From assembly GCA_016867315.1 (NCBI GenBank), contig VGJV01000004.1, positions 37,431 through 101,430 on the forward strand: a DNA stretch of 64,000 bases. The letters run 5' to 3'. Shown in pieces: positions 1-8,972 of this stretch. The translations under genes and the position numbers were made by a program. The notes under the pieces were generated by a model. It did not search any database, was not told where the DNA came from, and saw nothing but the letters and a program-made list of their open reading frames with translations. Numbering within the stretch: position 1 is the stretch's first letter; each line of letters starts with the position of its first letter. Origin of the DNA: Candidatus Liptonbacteria bacterium (GTDB lineage: Bacteria > Patescibacteriota > Minisyncoccia > UBA6257 > 2-01-FULL-56-20).

Positions 1-592
1 TTCCCTGTGGCTCCACTTAGATATTGCAGACGCCCGTTTCACGTTTAACAAAACGTGGGGAGACCCGCTTTCATGGCCGATATTCGGCAAAGGCTTCAAT
101 CTCGAAGTGCACCTTATGGTCGAGGAACCTGAAGAAGTAGTGGAAGCGTGGCTTCAGGCCGGAGCTAAACAGGTCGTGGTGCATGTAGAAGCGCTTGAAG
201 ATACTCGGTTTCGTAAACGTACGGAAGATCCGCTTTCTCTCGCATATGCGATAAAAGATGCCTGTGCAGCCAAAGGCGCGGAAGTTGTCCTGGGGATAAA
301 TTCGGAAACTTCACCCGAACATCTTTCCCCGTATCTTGGTTTTATCAGGAAATTCCTTGTGCTTTCCGTGCATCCCGGCCTTGCCGGCCAAAAATTCCTT
401 CCCGCTGCACTTCGCACAATTGAGTGGATTAAAAGAGAAGCCCCGCATGCTACAATTGAGGTGGATGGAGGCATTACTCCCGAGGTGGCGAAAAAAGTGA
501 AAGCTGCGGGAGCCGATGTCTTGATCGCGGCCAGTTTCATATTTAAGGAAAAAGATATTAAAAAGGCGATCGAAGCTTTGCAAAATGTCTAG
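1..592 (+). CDS. rpe: ribulose-phosphate 3-epimerase (5' end lies upstream of window)
   Basis: Frame open from nt 2 (SLWLHLDIADARFTFNK...HLMVEEPE...VHPGLAGQKF...DGGITPE), typical Rpe TIM-barrel motifs; ORF track 107..592 is the in-window M-initiated part. Confidence 0.8.
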   Translation, partial: SLWLHLDIADARFTFNKTWGDPLSWPIFGKGFNLEVHLMVEEPEEVVEAWLQAGAKQVVVHVEALEDTRFRKRTEDPLSLAYAIKDACAAKGAEVVLGINSETSPEHLSPYLGFIRKFLVLSVHPGLAGQKFLPAALRTIEWIKREAPHATIEVDGGITPEVAKKVKAAGADVLIAASFIFKEKDIKKAIEALQNV

Positions 593-818
593 CGGAACAT
601 CCTATAAAGGGGGGAATGTAAATCTCTTTTCAAGAAGGGTGGTGTTTGTAATATATCTCTGCCTTCTCGTGGCAATCGGAATAATCCTCACTCTCATAGT
701 GCAGAAGTTGGTGGAAACCCAGGAACAGCTCACTCGGGATAATGTAAATTTGGGCGAGCAGGTAACAAGGCTACTGGGAGAGGTGCAGACGTTAAAAGCA
801 GAGAAGCGAACTCGCTAA
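585..818 (+). CDS. hypothetical small membrane-anchored coiled-coil protein
   Basis: 77 aa ORF; one hydrophobic helix (VVFVIYLCLLVAIGIILTLIV) followed by heptad-like charged C-terminus; no recognisable family. Confidence 0.35.
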   Translation: MSSGTSYKGGNVNLFSRRVVFVIYLCLLVAIGIILTLIVQKLVETQEQLTRDNVNLGEQVTRLLGEVQTLKAEKRTR

Positions 819-826
819 TACTTCTC

Positions 827-1690
827 ATGGAGGCGTTACATGAAAAAAAGCTCCAATTTCTGGAGCTCATGACAAACCGCCTGAGACAGGAAGTGATTCG
901 AATAGTCTCGGGAGCGGGTTCCGGCCATATCGCCGGTCCTTTAGATACTGCGGAAATTTTTACGTCGATGTATTTTCATGTCCTCCAGCATGATCCTAAA
1001 CATCCGCATTGGGCGCATCGGGACAGGATGGTGGTCTCCTGCGGGCATTACTGTCCGATGTTCTATGCGACCCTTGCCCACGCGGGCTATTTCAAAGTGG
1101 AAGAATTAAAAACCTTGCGGCGCATTGATTCGCGTCTTCAGGGGCATCCTCATCGAAATGCGCTGCCGGGACTCGAAACCACTTCGGGGCCTTTGGGATC
1201 AGGAGTTTCTCAAGCGGCGGGGATGGCGCTTGCAGCACGCCTCGACCGGAAAAAGTGTCGCGTCTACTGCCTCACTTCAGATGGAGAACATCAGGAAGGG
1301 AACACCTGGGAAGGCATAATGTTTGCGGCAAAGCACCGCCTTTCGAATCTCACGGTAATCGTGGATCGCAACAACATTCAAATTGATGGCTATACCGAAG
1401 ATATCATGCCGCTCGAACCTTTTCGGGCGAAGTATGAAGCCTTTGGCTGGCACGTAGTAGAAGTGAACGGCCACGACATTCCGGCCTTTATTGGCGCGAT
1501 CGCCGAAGCTCAAGCGATTTATGAAAAACCCACGGTGATCATCGCGCACACGGTGGCGGCGAGAGGAGTGAGTTTTATGGAACGGGATTACTTATGGCAC
1601 TCTAAACCTTTTAAACCTGGCGAAGCGGAACAAGCCCTTAAAGAACTCAAGGCCGAGCAGGAAAAAATCGCGCAAAGCCACGAGAAATAG
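827..1690 (+). CDS. transketolase, N-terminal subunit (split transketolase, TPP-binding part)
   Basis: GSGHIAGPLDTAEI, GHPHRN, TTSGPLGSGVSQAAGMALA, TSDGEHQEGNTWEG motifs of transketolase N-terminal section; followed directly by C-terminal subunit gene. Confidence 0.85.
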   Translation: MEALHEKKLQFLELMTNRLRQEVIRIVSGAGSGHIAGPLDTAEIFTSMYFHVLQHDPKHPHWAHRDRMVVSCGHYCPMFYATLAHAGYFKVEELKTLRRIDSRLQGHPHRNALPGLETTSGPLGSGVSQAAGMALAARLDRKKCRVYCLTSDGEHQEGNTWEGIMFAAKHRLSNLTVIVDRNNIQIDGYTEDIMPLEPFRAKYEAFGWHVVEVNGHDIPAFIGAIAEAQAIYEKPTVIIAHTVAARGVSFMERDYLWHSKPFKPGEAEQALKELKAEQEKIAQSHEK

Positions 1691-1705
1691 AAAATAGAAT
1701 CATTC

Positions 1706-2698
1706 ATGATTAATCCCGACGCACAACTAAATCCCAGTCTTTTTGAGGAAGACATTGCGCAAGTGCCTACGCGAAACGGCTATGGCGAGGGTTTGGTGCT
1801 TGCCGGCGAAGAAAATCCGAATGTCGTGGCGTTATGCGCAGATTTGAAAGAATCCACGCGCGTTGAAGCCTTCGCCAAAAAATTCCCCGAGCGTTTTGTA
1901 GAAATCGGCGTGGCCGAGCAAAACATGGCGACAGTGGCCGCGGGGCTGGGAGTCTCAGGCAAGATTCCGTTTATTTCTTCGTATGCGACCTTTTCTCCCG
2001 GCCGAAACTGGGAACAAATTCGGACGACCATTTGCTACAACGACTCCAATGTAAAGATTGCGGGGCACCACGCGGGAATTTCCGTGGGACCGGACGGTGC
2101 GACACACCAGGCAACGGAAGATATTGCCATGATGCGGGCACTTCCGAATATGCGGGTGATTGTGCCCTGTGATGCGATTGAAGCGCGGAAAGCAACGATG
2201 GCCGCGGCGCACATTTGGGGGCCGGTCTATCTCCGCTTTGCCCGAGAGAAGACTCCGGTCATCACGACGGATAGTACCCCTTTTGCTCCGGGCCGAATTC
2301 AGGTACTTTGGGAATCCAAAAAACCCGAAGTACTCGTGATCGGTGCGGGCCCTATCCTCGCGAATGCCCTCTTCGCGGCGCACGACTTGGAAAAAGAAAA
2401 AATAGGCACGATTGTGGTGAACTGCCACACTCTTAAGCCTTTGGACGAAAAGGGGATTATTGCTCTTGCGAAACGCGCAGAAGCGGTAGTTACGGTAGAA
2501 GAACATCAAATTACAGGGGGTTTGGGAGGGGCGGTGGCCGAAGCGCTCGCGAAACATCACCCCATCCCCATAGAATTCGTGGGCATGCATGACACATTTG
2601 GAGAATCTGGAACTCCCTCGGAACTCATGGAGAAATACGGAATGGGGGTGAAGGATATTCTCGCGGCAATCAAAAAAGTTATTCGCCGGAAAAAGTAA
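1706..2698 (+). CDS. transketolase, C-terminal subunit (pyrimidine-binding + C-terminal domain)
   Basis: FVEIGVAEQNMATVAAGLG, GHHAGISVGPDGATHQATEDIAMMRALPNM motifs of transketolase C-terminal section. Confidence 0.85.
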   Translation: MINPDAQLNPSLFEEDIAQVPTRNGYGEGLVLAGEENPNVVALCADLKESTRVEAFAKKFPERFVEIGVAEQNMATVAAGLGVSGKIPFISSYATFSPGRNWEQIRTTICYNDSNVKIAGHHAGISVGPDGATHQATEDIAMMRALPNMRVIVPCDAIEARKATMAAAHIWGPVYLRFAREKTPVITTDSTPFAPGRIQVLWESKKPEVLVIGAGPILANALFAAHDLEKEKIGTIVVNCHTLKPLDEKGIIALAKRAEAVVTVEEHQITGGLGGAVAEALAKHHPIPIEFVGMHDTFGESGTPSELMEKYGMGVKDILAAIKKVIRRKK

Positions 2699-2724
2699 CA
2701 ACTTCGGATTTTTTTAGAAAAACG

Positions 2725-3325
2725 CAGTCATGTTTCTGTCGGGGTGTCTCACCGTGCGACGGCACGAGAGTAAAGCGCTGCGAGAGTCACTCGCAGACAG
2801 CGGCCCCGACAGAAATATGACAAGTTCCCTAATTGACGTTTTGAAGTAAAAGCTTTATAAACTGTAGCATCGCTTTTTGAAAAGCTTACTCCTCCAGCGC
2901 TGAATCTTGATCGATTTAGTCGGGTCCCGTGAGGCCCAATTGCGTTTCCCAAAATTGCAATAAAAGCTGGAGGAGTTTCAAATGTGTCGGCGCAGGGTTG
3001 TGCCTTTCTTGAAGGATAGATCCTTCTGTTTGGTCTTGCTTGTGGCATTGGCGTGTCACTACAGCAATCCTGTCGCCGACCTTATCCGGTGGGTCAAGTA
3101 TAAAAACATGCCGCCAGCGTGGGCTTGGCTCGCCGGACCAATTTAGCGGTGAGTGTTCCGACCTTTTTAGGTTTGGTAAGCAAAATGATCGGAATCACCC
3201 TGCCGCGACAGTGGTGAAGTCTGGAATCCCTCGAGAGTTCCTCCTGCAAAAGAAACCCTCCTAGCTTCCAACTTCACCACCCAATTAAATAAGCCGTCTG
3301 CGTATCCGCAGCGGCTTTATTTTTC
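2725..3325 (+). ncRNA. candidate structured noncoding RNA or long cis-regulatory leader (unclassified)
   Basis: About 600 nt with no convincing ORF. Multiple nested inverted repeats (CTGTCGGGG/CCCCGACAG at about 2735/2803; CTGCGAG-AGTCA-CTCGCAG; CTCCTCCAGC/GCTGGAGGAG about 75 nt apart; GGTGAAGT/ACTTCACC around 3220-3285). Ends in an intrinsic terminator. No RNase P, tmRNA or SRP consensus recognised. Confidence 0.25.
3292..3325 (+). terminator. rho-independent terminator-like hairpin + T-tract just upstream of membrane-protein gene
   Basis: AGCCGTCTGCG-TATC-CGCAGCGGCT stem-loop followed by TTATTTTTC. Confidence 0.5.
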
Positions 3326-3357
3326 CCCCCTAATTCCTGATTCTTTATTCCTAATTC

Positions 3358-5019
3358 TTGGAGTGGTACACTGCCGACATGCGCCGATCCTCGAAGATTC
3401 TCCTCGTCCTCTTTTTTGCGGGAGTGTTTCTGGCCTCGTTCAATCAGCTCAAAGAATCCGATAGTTTCTATCATCTGAAAGTGGGCCAGGTGATCTGGGA
3501 AACCCAATCCGTACCGGATCGGGATATTTTCTCCTACACCGCCCCAGGTTCTCCGTGGGTCACGCATGAGTGGCTCGCCGAGCTTCTCTTGTATGTAATT
3601 TATAAATTAGGAGGTTTCGGAGCGCTCATCGGTTTTGTGGCACTCCTCGCCACGTTCACCTATTGGCTTATTCTTCAAACTGCGCTTCGGCGCGGGGCAA
3701 ATATCGCCGTCACTCTCATAACCGCAATCTTTTTAGCGGCACTTACGTTCGAACTTTGGATTCCAAGACCTCAAGTCTTCGCGTTTCTTTGTTTTGGAGC
3801 CCTCCTATTTTTCCTCGAGGAATTTAGACGAGTGCGCAATCCCAAATTCCTTCTCGGAGTAGTGGGAATAATTTGGTTCTGGGCGAACGTGCACGCGAGT
3901 GTCCTTCTTGGTCTTGTGATATTACTCCTCTACGTCCTTTTCGAAGCTTTAAAACTCCAGTGGCCAGGGTTGGGAAGGGGATTGCCGCAGAAAGAAGTGA
4001 GACAACTTGCGGGGGGCGCAGGGATTGCGGTGCTCGCCTCGCTCGTGAATCCGAACTCCTACGAAATCTTTTTCTATCGTGCAGCGGTGGAGCCCGCCGT
4101 GCAGGCGCTCCAAGTACTCGAATGGAAATCGATATTTTACTTTTTACCCCAGCGGGAGCCCATTCTTTTTTTGATGCTCATGGTGTTCTCCTTGGCGGTA
4201 ATTCTTATGGGGCGATGGGTATCCGCGGGACGTAGAGATGTAACCTTAGTCGCCGCGACGCTTGCGGTATTTATTCTTCCCATTCTCTCCATTCGTCATG
4301 TCGGCTTGTGGCCGATCATTGCGATTCCTATAGTGGCCGTGGTACTCACGGAGTTTGGAGAGCATTGGTTGCGGCGTCTGAATCAACGGGGTCTCCGGTG
4401 GGGATTATATATAGGCCTCTCCTTGTTTTTGCTCGTAAGTATCGCACGGATACCCGGTACCTATGTACGCCGGGATACGCTGCCGGTGGGAGCTGCGGAG
4501 TTTGTTCTCAAAGAAAATCTTAAAGGGCCAATCTTAAACCTCTATAACGAAGGAGGATATCTTATTTGGAAGCTTTGGCCCAAAGAAAAAGTGTTTATAG
4601 ACGGAAGGTCGGAAGTCTACGACGCCGAAACCATTACGGATCTTTTTAGAATTGTAGGAAGGCAACGGGGTTGGGAGAATGTGCTGCTCGGGAAATATCA
4701 CGTGAACGTGGCCATTTTGCCGTACCGACATCCCTCGCTCGCGAGAGACACGGTGCCGCTCTCCTTTGCGCTTGAACAGAAAGGCTTTCACTTAGTGTAT
4801 TGGGATGATGCGGCCATGGTGCTTGTCCGAGAAAATATAGAGAACAGGCAATTTATCGAAAAATTCAGGCTGCGGATCATTCATCCTTTTCGCGATCCTC
4901 GCACGATTCCCGAGGAAGAAAGAAAGGCTGCTGGGGCGGAAATTCAGGCGCTTCTTTCCCGCGCTCCGGACTCCCCGAGCATTCAGGAATACGCGAAGTG
5001 GTTTCTCACAATTCCCTAG
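3358..5019 (+). CDS. polytopic membrane protein, putative GT-C-fold glycosyltransferase (ArnT/PMT-like); start may be the in-frame ATG at 3379
   Basis: 553 aa; about 12 predicted TM helices in the N-terminal 400 aa plus a soluble C-terminal domain; 3358 is TTG, first ATG at 3379; family assignment by architecture only. Confidence 0.45.
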   Translation: MEWYTADMRRSSKILLVLFFAGVFLASFNQLKESDSFYHLKVGQVIWETQSVPDRDIFSYTAPGSPWVTHEWLAELLLYVIYKLGGFGALIGFVALLATFTYWLILQTALRRGANIAVTLITAIFLAALTFELWIPRPQVFAFLCFGALLFFLEEFRRVRNPKFLLGVVGIIWFWANVHASVLLGLVILLLYVLFEALKLQWPGLGRGLPQKEVRQLAGGAGIAVLASLVNPNSYEIFFYRAAVEPAVQALQVLEWKSIFYFLPQREPILFLMLMVFSLAVILMGRWVSAGRRDVTLVAATLAVFILPILSIRHVGLWPIIAIPIVAVVLTEFGEHWLRRLNQRGLRWGLYIGLSLFLLVSIARIPGTYVRRDTLPVGAAEFVLKENLKGPILNLYNEGGYLIWKLWPKEKVFIDGRSEVYDAETITDLFRIVGRQRGWENVLLGKYHVNVAILPYRHPSLARDTVPLSFALEQKGFHLVYWDDAAMVLVRENIENRQFIEKFRLRIIHPFRDPRTIPEEERKAAGAEIQALLSRAPDSPSIQEYAKWFLTIP

Positions 5020-5061
5020 CATATACAAATAGTTTCATATAGAGTATCTGCAGTTCGGTGC

Positions 5062-6039
5062 ATGGAGCCCGAATTAACAAGTATAAATATGAATGCTCTC
5101 ATTGTAGGCAAAGGAGCCATCGGCTCTTTTTTGGGGGATAGGCTTGTAGAGAACGGCTGGCAAGTCTCGTTCCTTACCTCGAGTGAGAGTGCATACTTTC
5201 ATAAGCGGGTAAGGGGAGCGGATGTGGTATTTGTAGCAATTTCCACTCGGGATGACGGGAGCGCGGCGCGTGCATATATCGAAGGAGCGCGCGAACATAA
5301 TATTCCCGTGGTGACGTGCGAAAAAGGCTCGCTCGCCAATCATTTTGACGCGTTAAAGCCGCATCTCTCGCAAATCGGATTCACGGCGACGGTGGGAGGA
5401 GGAAGTAAAATTCTTTCGCTCGTCACCGGAATAAACGAGAGAACCACGCGACTCTTAGGAATCCTGAACGGGACCCTCAATTTCCTTTTCTGGAAAGTGG
5501 GGAATAAACATGATCCTCACGAGGTATTCGAGGAGGCTCAAAAAAAGGGGTTATGCGAGCCGGGAAATCATTCGTTGGCAGAAGCAGTGCATGGAGAACT
5601 GAATGATGTGAAAGCAAAGGCAGCCATCCTCTTTAATGTAGCAGGATTATCTGCCGAACCTTTGCGTCCTACCGACTTCAGCTACTCTATACCTTCAGCC
5701 TGGGAAATAGCTCGCCTTTTGGATCGCGCAGGGAATATCAGATTCGTTGTGGAAATTTTCCGCGATACTTCGAGCAACCACCGCTTCGATTTCGAAGTGT
5801 TTCAGGCGAAACGCGAGGGCTGGCTGATTCGAGGAAACTTCGTGCGGATCGATACCTCGAATGATGACGTGCTTCGGGGCATGGCATATCTCACTCGGGA
5901 AGAGAAAAACACCTTGATTGTAGAAGATAGCTCTGGAAATTTGGAGGCTCGTACCGGCGTTGGGGCGGGACTCGAACCCACCACGAGCGTGATGATCGAG
6001 GATGCCTATCGGCTATTGGGTTTACAAAAACATTGCTAG
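5062..6039 (+). CDS. hom: homoserine dehydrogenase-like NAD(P)-binding protein (no ACT domain)
   Basis: N-terminal Rossmann motif ALIVGKGAIGS; ILNGTLNFLF matches the homoserine dehydrogenase ILNGT(T/S)N(Y/F) signature. Confidence 0.5.
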   Translation: MEPELTSINMNALIVGKGAIGSFLGDRLVENGWQVSFLTSSESAYFHKRVRGADVVFVAISTRDDGSAARAYIEGAREHNIPVVTCEKGSLANHFDALKPHLSQIGFTATVGGGSKILSLVTGINERTTRLLGILNGTLNFLFWKVGNKHDPHEVFEEAQKKGLCEPGNHSLAEAVHGELNDVKAKAAILFNVAGLSAEPLRPTDFSYSIPSAWEIARLLDRAGNIRFVVEIFRDTSSNHRFDFEVFQAKREGWLIRGNFVRIDTSNDDVLRGMAYLTREEKNTLIVEDSSGNLEARTGVGAGLEPTTSVMIEDAYRLLGLQKHC

Positions 6040-6090
6040 TGCGCGTTTCTTTACCGGGCGCGCACTTTGCATTTCTGATATAATTTCGTT

Positions 6091-7086
6091 ATGAAATACG
6101 ACTTGATCTGCATTGGGGACGTAGTGATGGATGCGTTTATTGGATTGCATGAAGCCTCAGTGCATTGCGATTTGAATCATAGGCGATGTGAGCTTTGCAT
6201 GTCGTTTGCGGATAAAATTCCTTACGAATCGCTTACCATCGCCGCGGCAGTGGGGAATGCCTCAAATGTGGCGGTGGGAGCGAGCAGATTGGGATTAAAA
6301 ACCGCAATCCTTACTGCGGTAGGAAAAGACCAGTATGGGGAAGAAATTAAAGCGGTATACAGGAAAGAAAAGGTGGGCACTGAGTTTGTGAAAGTGAATC
6401 CGAAGAAGCCTACGAACTATCATTTTGTACTCACGTACAAAGCTGAGCGGACTATTCTGGTGAAACACGAAGAATTTGAGTACTACGACCCAAAATCGCT
6501 CGATGCGCGCACAAAGTGGATTTATTTTTCCTCGATAGGGGAACACACGCTGCCGTTACATCACAAAATTGCCGCTTACTTAAAACGCCACCCGGAGGTT
6601 CGGATGGGATTTAATCCGGGCACGTTTCAGCTTCGTTTTGGCGTCGAAGCGTTAAAGGGTATTTATGAGCACACCTATGTGCTCTTCGTAAACCGCGAAG
6701 AAGCCGAGCGCATGACGAAAAAAGGAAGCGGCACGGAAATTCCGGAGCTCATGAACGCCCTCCATGCGTTAGGGCCAAAGATTGTGGTGATTACCGATGG
6801 ACCGAATGGAGCATACGCCTCAGACGGCGCATGTCGCTACTTTATGCCGATGTACCCGGATCCGAAGCCGCCCATCTCCCGCACCGGCGCAGGGGACGCG
6901 TTCTCTACGGGATTCCTTTCGGCTTTGATCTACGGACTCCCTGTCCCCGAAGCGCTCGCCTGGGCGCCCATCGAGTCCATGCATGTCGTGCAATTCTTCG
7001 GGGCGCAAACGGGACTGCTCACTAAAAAACAACTTCTTCAATTTTTGAAAAAAGCCCCGAAGGATTACAAGCCTAAAGCCTTATAA
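6091..7086 (+). CDS. PfkB-family carbohydrate kinase
   Basis: Ribokinase-like fold; C-terminal GAGDAFSTGFLSALIYGL matches the PfkB anion-hole signature. Confidence 0.75.
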   Translation: MKYDLICIGDVVMDAFIGLHEASVHCDLNHRRCELCMSFADKIPYESLTIAAAVGNASNVAVGASRLGLKTAILTAVGKDQYGEEIKAVYRKEKVGTEFVKVNPKKPTNYHFVLTYKAERTILVKHEEFEYYDPKSLDARTKWIYFSSIGEHTLPLHHKIAAYLKRHPEVRMGFNPGTFQLRFGVEALKGIYEHTYVLFVNREEAERMTKKGSGTEIPELMNALHALGPKIVVITDGPNGAYASDGACRYFMPMYPDPKPPISRTGAGDAFSTGFLSALIYGLPVPEALAWAPIESMHVVQFFGAQTGLLTKKQLLQFLKKAPKDYKPKAL

Positions 7087-7166
7087 ATTTCTAATTCCTA
7101 GTTTCTAATGTCTAAAAGGAAAATCTGTTTAGGAATTAGGTTAATTAGTAATTAGGAATTAAAAAC

Positions 7167-8048
7167 ATGTCTTCTCCAAAAATAAGAAGTTTAAGAGAAA
7201 TATTGGCCGAAGTAGAGAACAAAAAAATTGCCCTTGGCCACTTCAATATTTCCGACCTTGTAGCGTTTAAGGCTATTAAAGATGGTGCGAAAGCGTTGAA
7301 CGTGCCGGTGATGGTGGGAGTCTCTGAAGGCGAACGGGAATTTGTGGGAATACATGCGGTGGCGGCCCTCGTGAAGTCCGCGAGAGAAGAGGGGATTGAA
7401 ATATTTTTGAATGCCGATCACACGCATTCCTTGGAAAAAGCCGAAGAAGCTGCGCGCGCAGGCTTCGACGAAGTCCTTTTCGATGGTTCGAAGCTTCCCA
7501 TGGAAGAAAATTTGAGACTCACGAAGCAGGCGGTAGAAATGATTCGCAAAATAAATCCCGAGATTGTGATCGAGGGAGAAATTGGATACATCGGAAGCTC
7601 CTCGGAAATTTTGAAAGAAAAGCCCCATGATCTCGCCCTGTCCACTCCCGGCGAAGCGCTTCGGTTTGTGCAGCAGACGGGAATAGATGTCCTCGCCCCC
7701 GCAGTGGGGAATATGCATGGCCTTTTGGAATCGATGGTACATGGGAACGAGCACAAACGGTTGGATATTCCTCGGATTGCGGAAATCAGCAACGCCGCAG
7801 GAGTCCCGCTTACGCTTCACGGCGGGTCGGGTACGGCCGATGAGGATTTCCGGGCTGCGATTCAGGCAGGCATCCGGATCATCCATGTGAACACGGAACT
7901 AAGGCTGGCGTGGCGAAAAGGATTGGAAGAAAGTTTGGAAAAAAGTATGTACGAAGTAGCCCCGTATAAAATCCTTCCGGGAGCCTACGAGGCAGTTCGA
8001 AAAGTAGTAGAGGAGAGACTTAAGCTTTTTAACGGACAGGGGAATTAA
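7167..8048 (+). CDS. fba: class II fructose-1,6-bisphosphate (ketose-bisphosphate) aldolase
   Basis: LREILAEVENKKIALGHFNISDL N-terminus, NADHTHS, GNMHG, LTLHGGSG motifs typical of class II FBA/tagatose-bisphosphate aldolase. Confidence 0.8.
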   Translation: MSSPKIRSLREILAEVENKKIALGHFNISDLVAFKAIKDGAKALNVPVMVGVSEGEREFVGIHAVAALVKSAREEGIEIFLNADHTHSLEKAEEAARAGFDEVLFDGSKLPMEENLRLTKQAVEMIRKINPEIVIEGEIGYIGSSSEILKEKPHDLALSTPGEALRFVQQTGIDVLAPAVGNMHGLLESMVHGNEHKRLDIPRIAEISNAAGVPLTLHGGSGTADEDFRAAIQAGIRIIHVNTELRLAWRKGLEESLEKSMYEVAPYKILPGAYEAVRKVVEERLKLFNGQGN

Positions 8049-8051
8049 AAA

Positions 8052-8090
8052 GGCGGTGGCTAGTTTCATCTAGCGCACCGCCTTCCTCTA
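8052..8090 (+). terminator. intrinsic terminator-like hairpin after fba
   Basis: GGCGGTG-GCTAGTTTCATCTAGC-GCACCGCC nested stem-loop followed by T-rich stretch. Confidence 0.4.
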
Positions 8091-8197
8091 TTTGGAACGG
8101 GTGTTCCGTGTCTTGGGTGTCAGCAAATTGTGCAATGAGCAAGCTTATTGTAACATCTTTCGCCGGAGTTGCAAATCGAAAATAGCTTTGCTATCCT

Positions 8198-8884
8198 ATG
8201 TGGGCTATGGAACTCGCAGTAGAAAAGCGCGAAAAACTTGGAAGGGCGGTAAAGGCCTTGCGAAAGCAGGGTTTTATTCCGGCCGAACTTTACGGACACG
8301 GCATAGAGAACGTGCACTTGGCCGTTCCTGCAAAAGAATTCAATAAGGTGTTCCGGGAGGCGGGAGTAAACACTGTAGTGCAGCTGGTAGTGGGCAAGGA
8401 AAAACGCCCCGCGTTGGTGCAGGAAGTGGAGCGGGATTATTTGACCGACGAAGTGAGTCACGTGGATTTTTATCAGGTTCGCATGGACCAAAAGATCCGG
8501 GCGAAAGTCCCGTTGGAGTTTATAGGGATTGCTCCGGGCGTCCGCGACAAGGGAGGTATTCTAAACAAGAGCCTTTCGGAAATTGAAGTGGAAGCTCTGC
8601 CTGGAGATTTGCCGCACCGGCTTACTGCGGATGTAAGTTCTTTGGATGATTTGAATAAAACGTTATACGTCAAAGATTTGGCTATCCCCGCGGAAGTGAA
8701 AGTGCTCGTAGAGGGAGATACGGCCGTGGTGACGGTGATGCCCCCTATGGCTGAAGAGGTGAAGGAAGAAGCTCCGGTGGATCTTTCTGCAGTGAAGGTG
8801 GAAACTGAAGAAAAGAAAGCCGAACGCGCAAAAGAAAAGGAAGCAACCGGGGAAAAAGCCGCTCCCGAAACGTCTGCAAAGTAG
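8198..8884 (+). CDS. rplY: 50S ribosomal protein L25 / general stress protein Ctc
   Basis: ELAVEKREKLGRAVKALRKQGFIPAELYGHG N-terminus characteristic of L25/Ctc; acidic C-terminal tail; alternative ATG at 8207. Confidence 0.8.
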   Translation: MWAMELAVEKREKLGRAVKALRKQGFIPAELYGHGIENVHLAVPAKEFNKVFREAGVNTVVQLVVGKEKRPALVQEVERDYLTDEVSHVDFYQVRMDQKIRAKVPLEFIGIAPGVRDKGGILNKSLSEIEVEALPGDLPHRLTADVSSLDDLNKTLYVKDLAIPAEVKVLVEGDTAVVTVMPPMAEEVKEEAPVDLSAVKVETEEKKAERAKEKEATGEKAAPETSAK

Positions 8885-8972
8885 TTTCGTTATCATAACG
8901 AAGGCACGTACCCGCCTTTGCGCGGGTTTGTTTTTAGAGAAATAGGCTTCAGGGTACAATAGAGCTACTTGC

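Noticed and set aside
2699-3357. RNase P RNA, tmRNA or SRP RNA in the 650-nt structured spacer, and in 49069-49308
   Set aside because: Looked for GGAAAGTCCGGGC / ACAGAA..GCTTA (RNase P), a tRNA-like 3' end plus tag ORF (tmRNA) and GGAAGCAGC (SRP). None was found on either strand, so they are left unclassified.
154-7886. Long antisense ORFs inside conserved genes (e.g. 154..540-, 1955..2701-, 7191..7886-, 33432..33947-)
   Set aside because: They overlap well-supported sense-strand genes (rpe, transketolase, fba, surface protein) and have Arg/Ser/Pro-rich low-complexity translations typical of GC-biased antisense frames.
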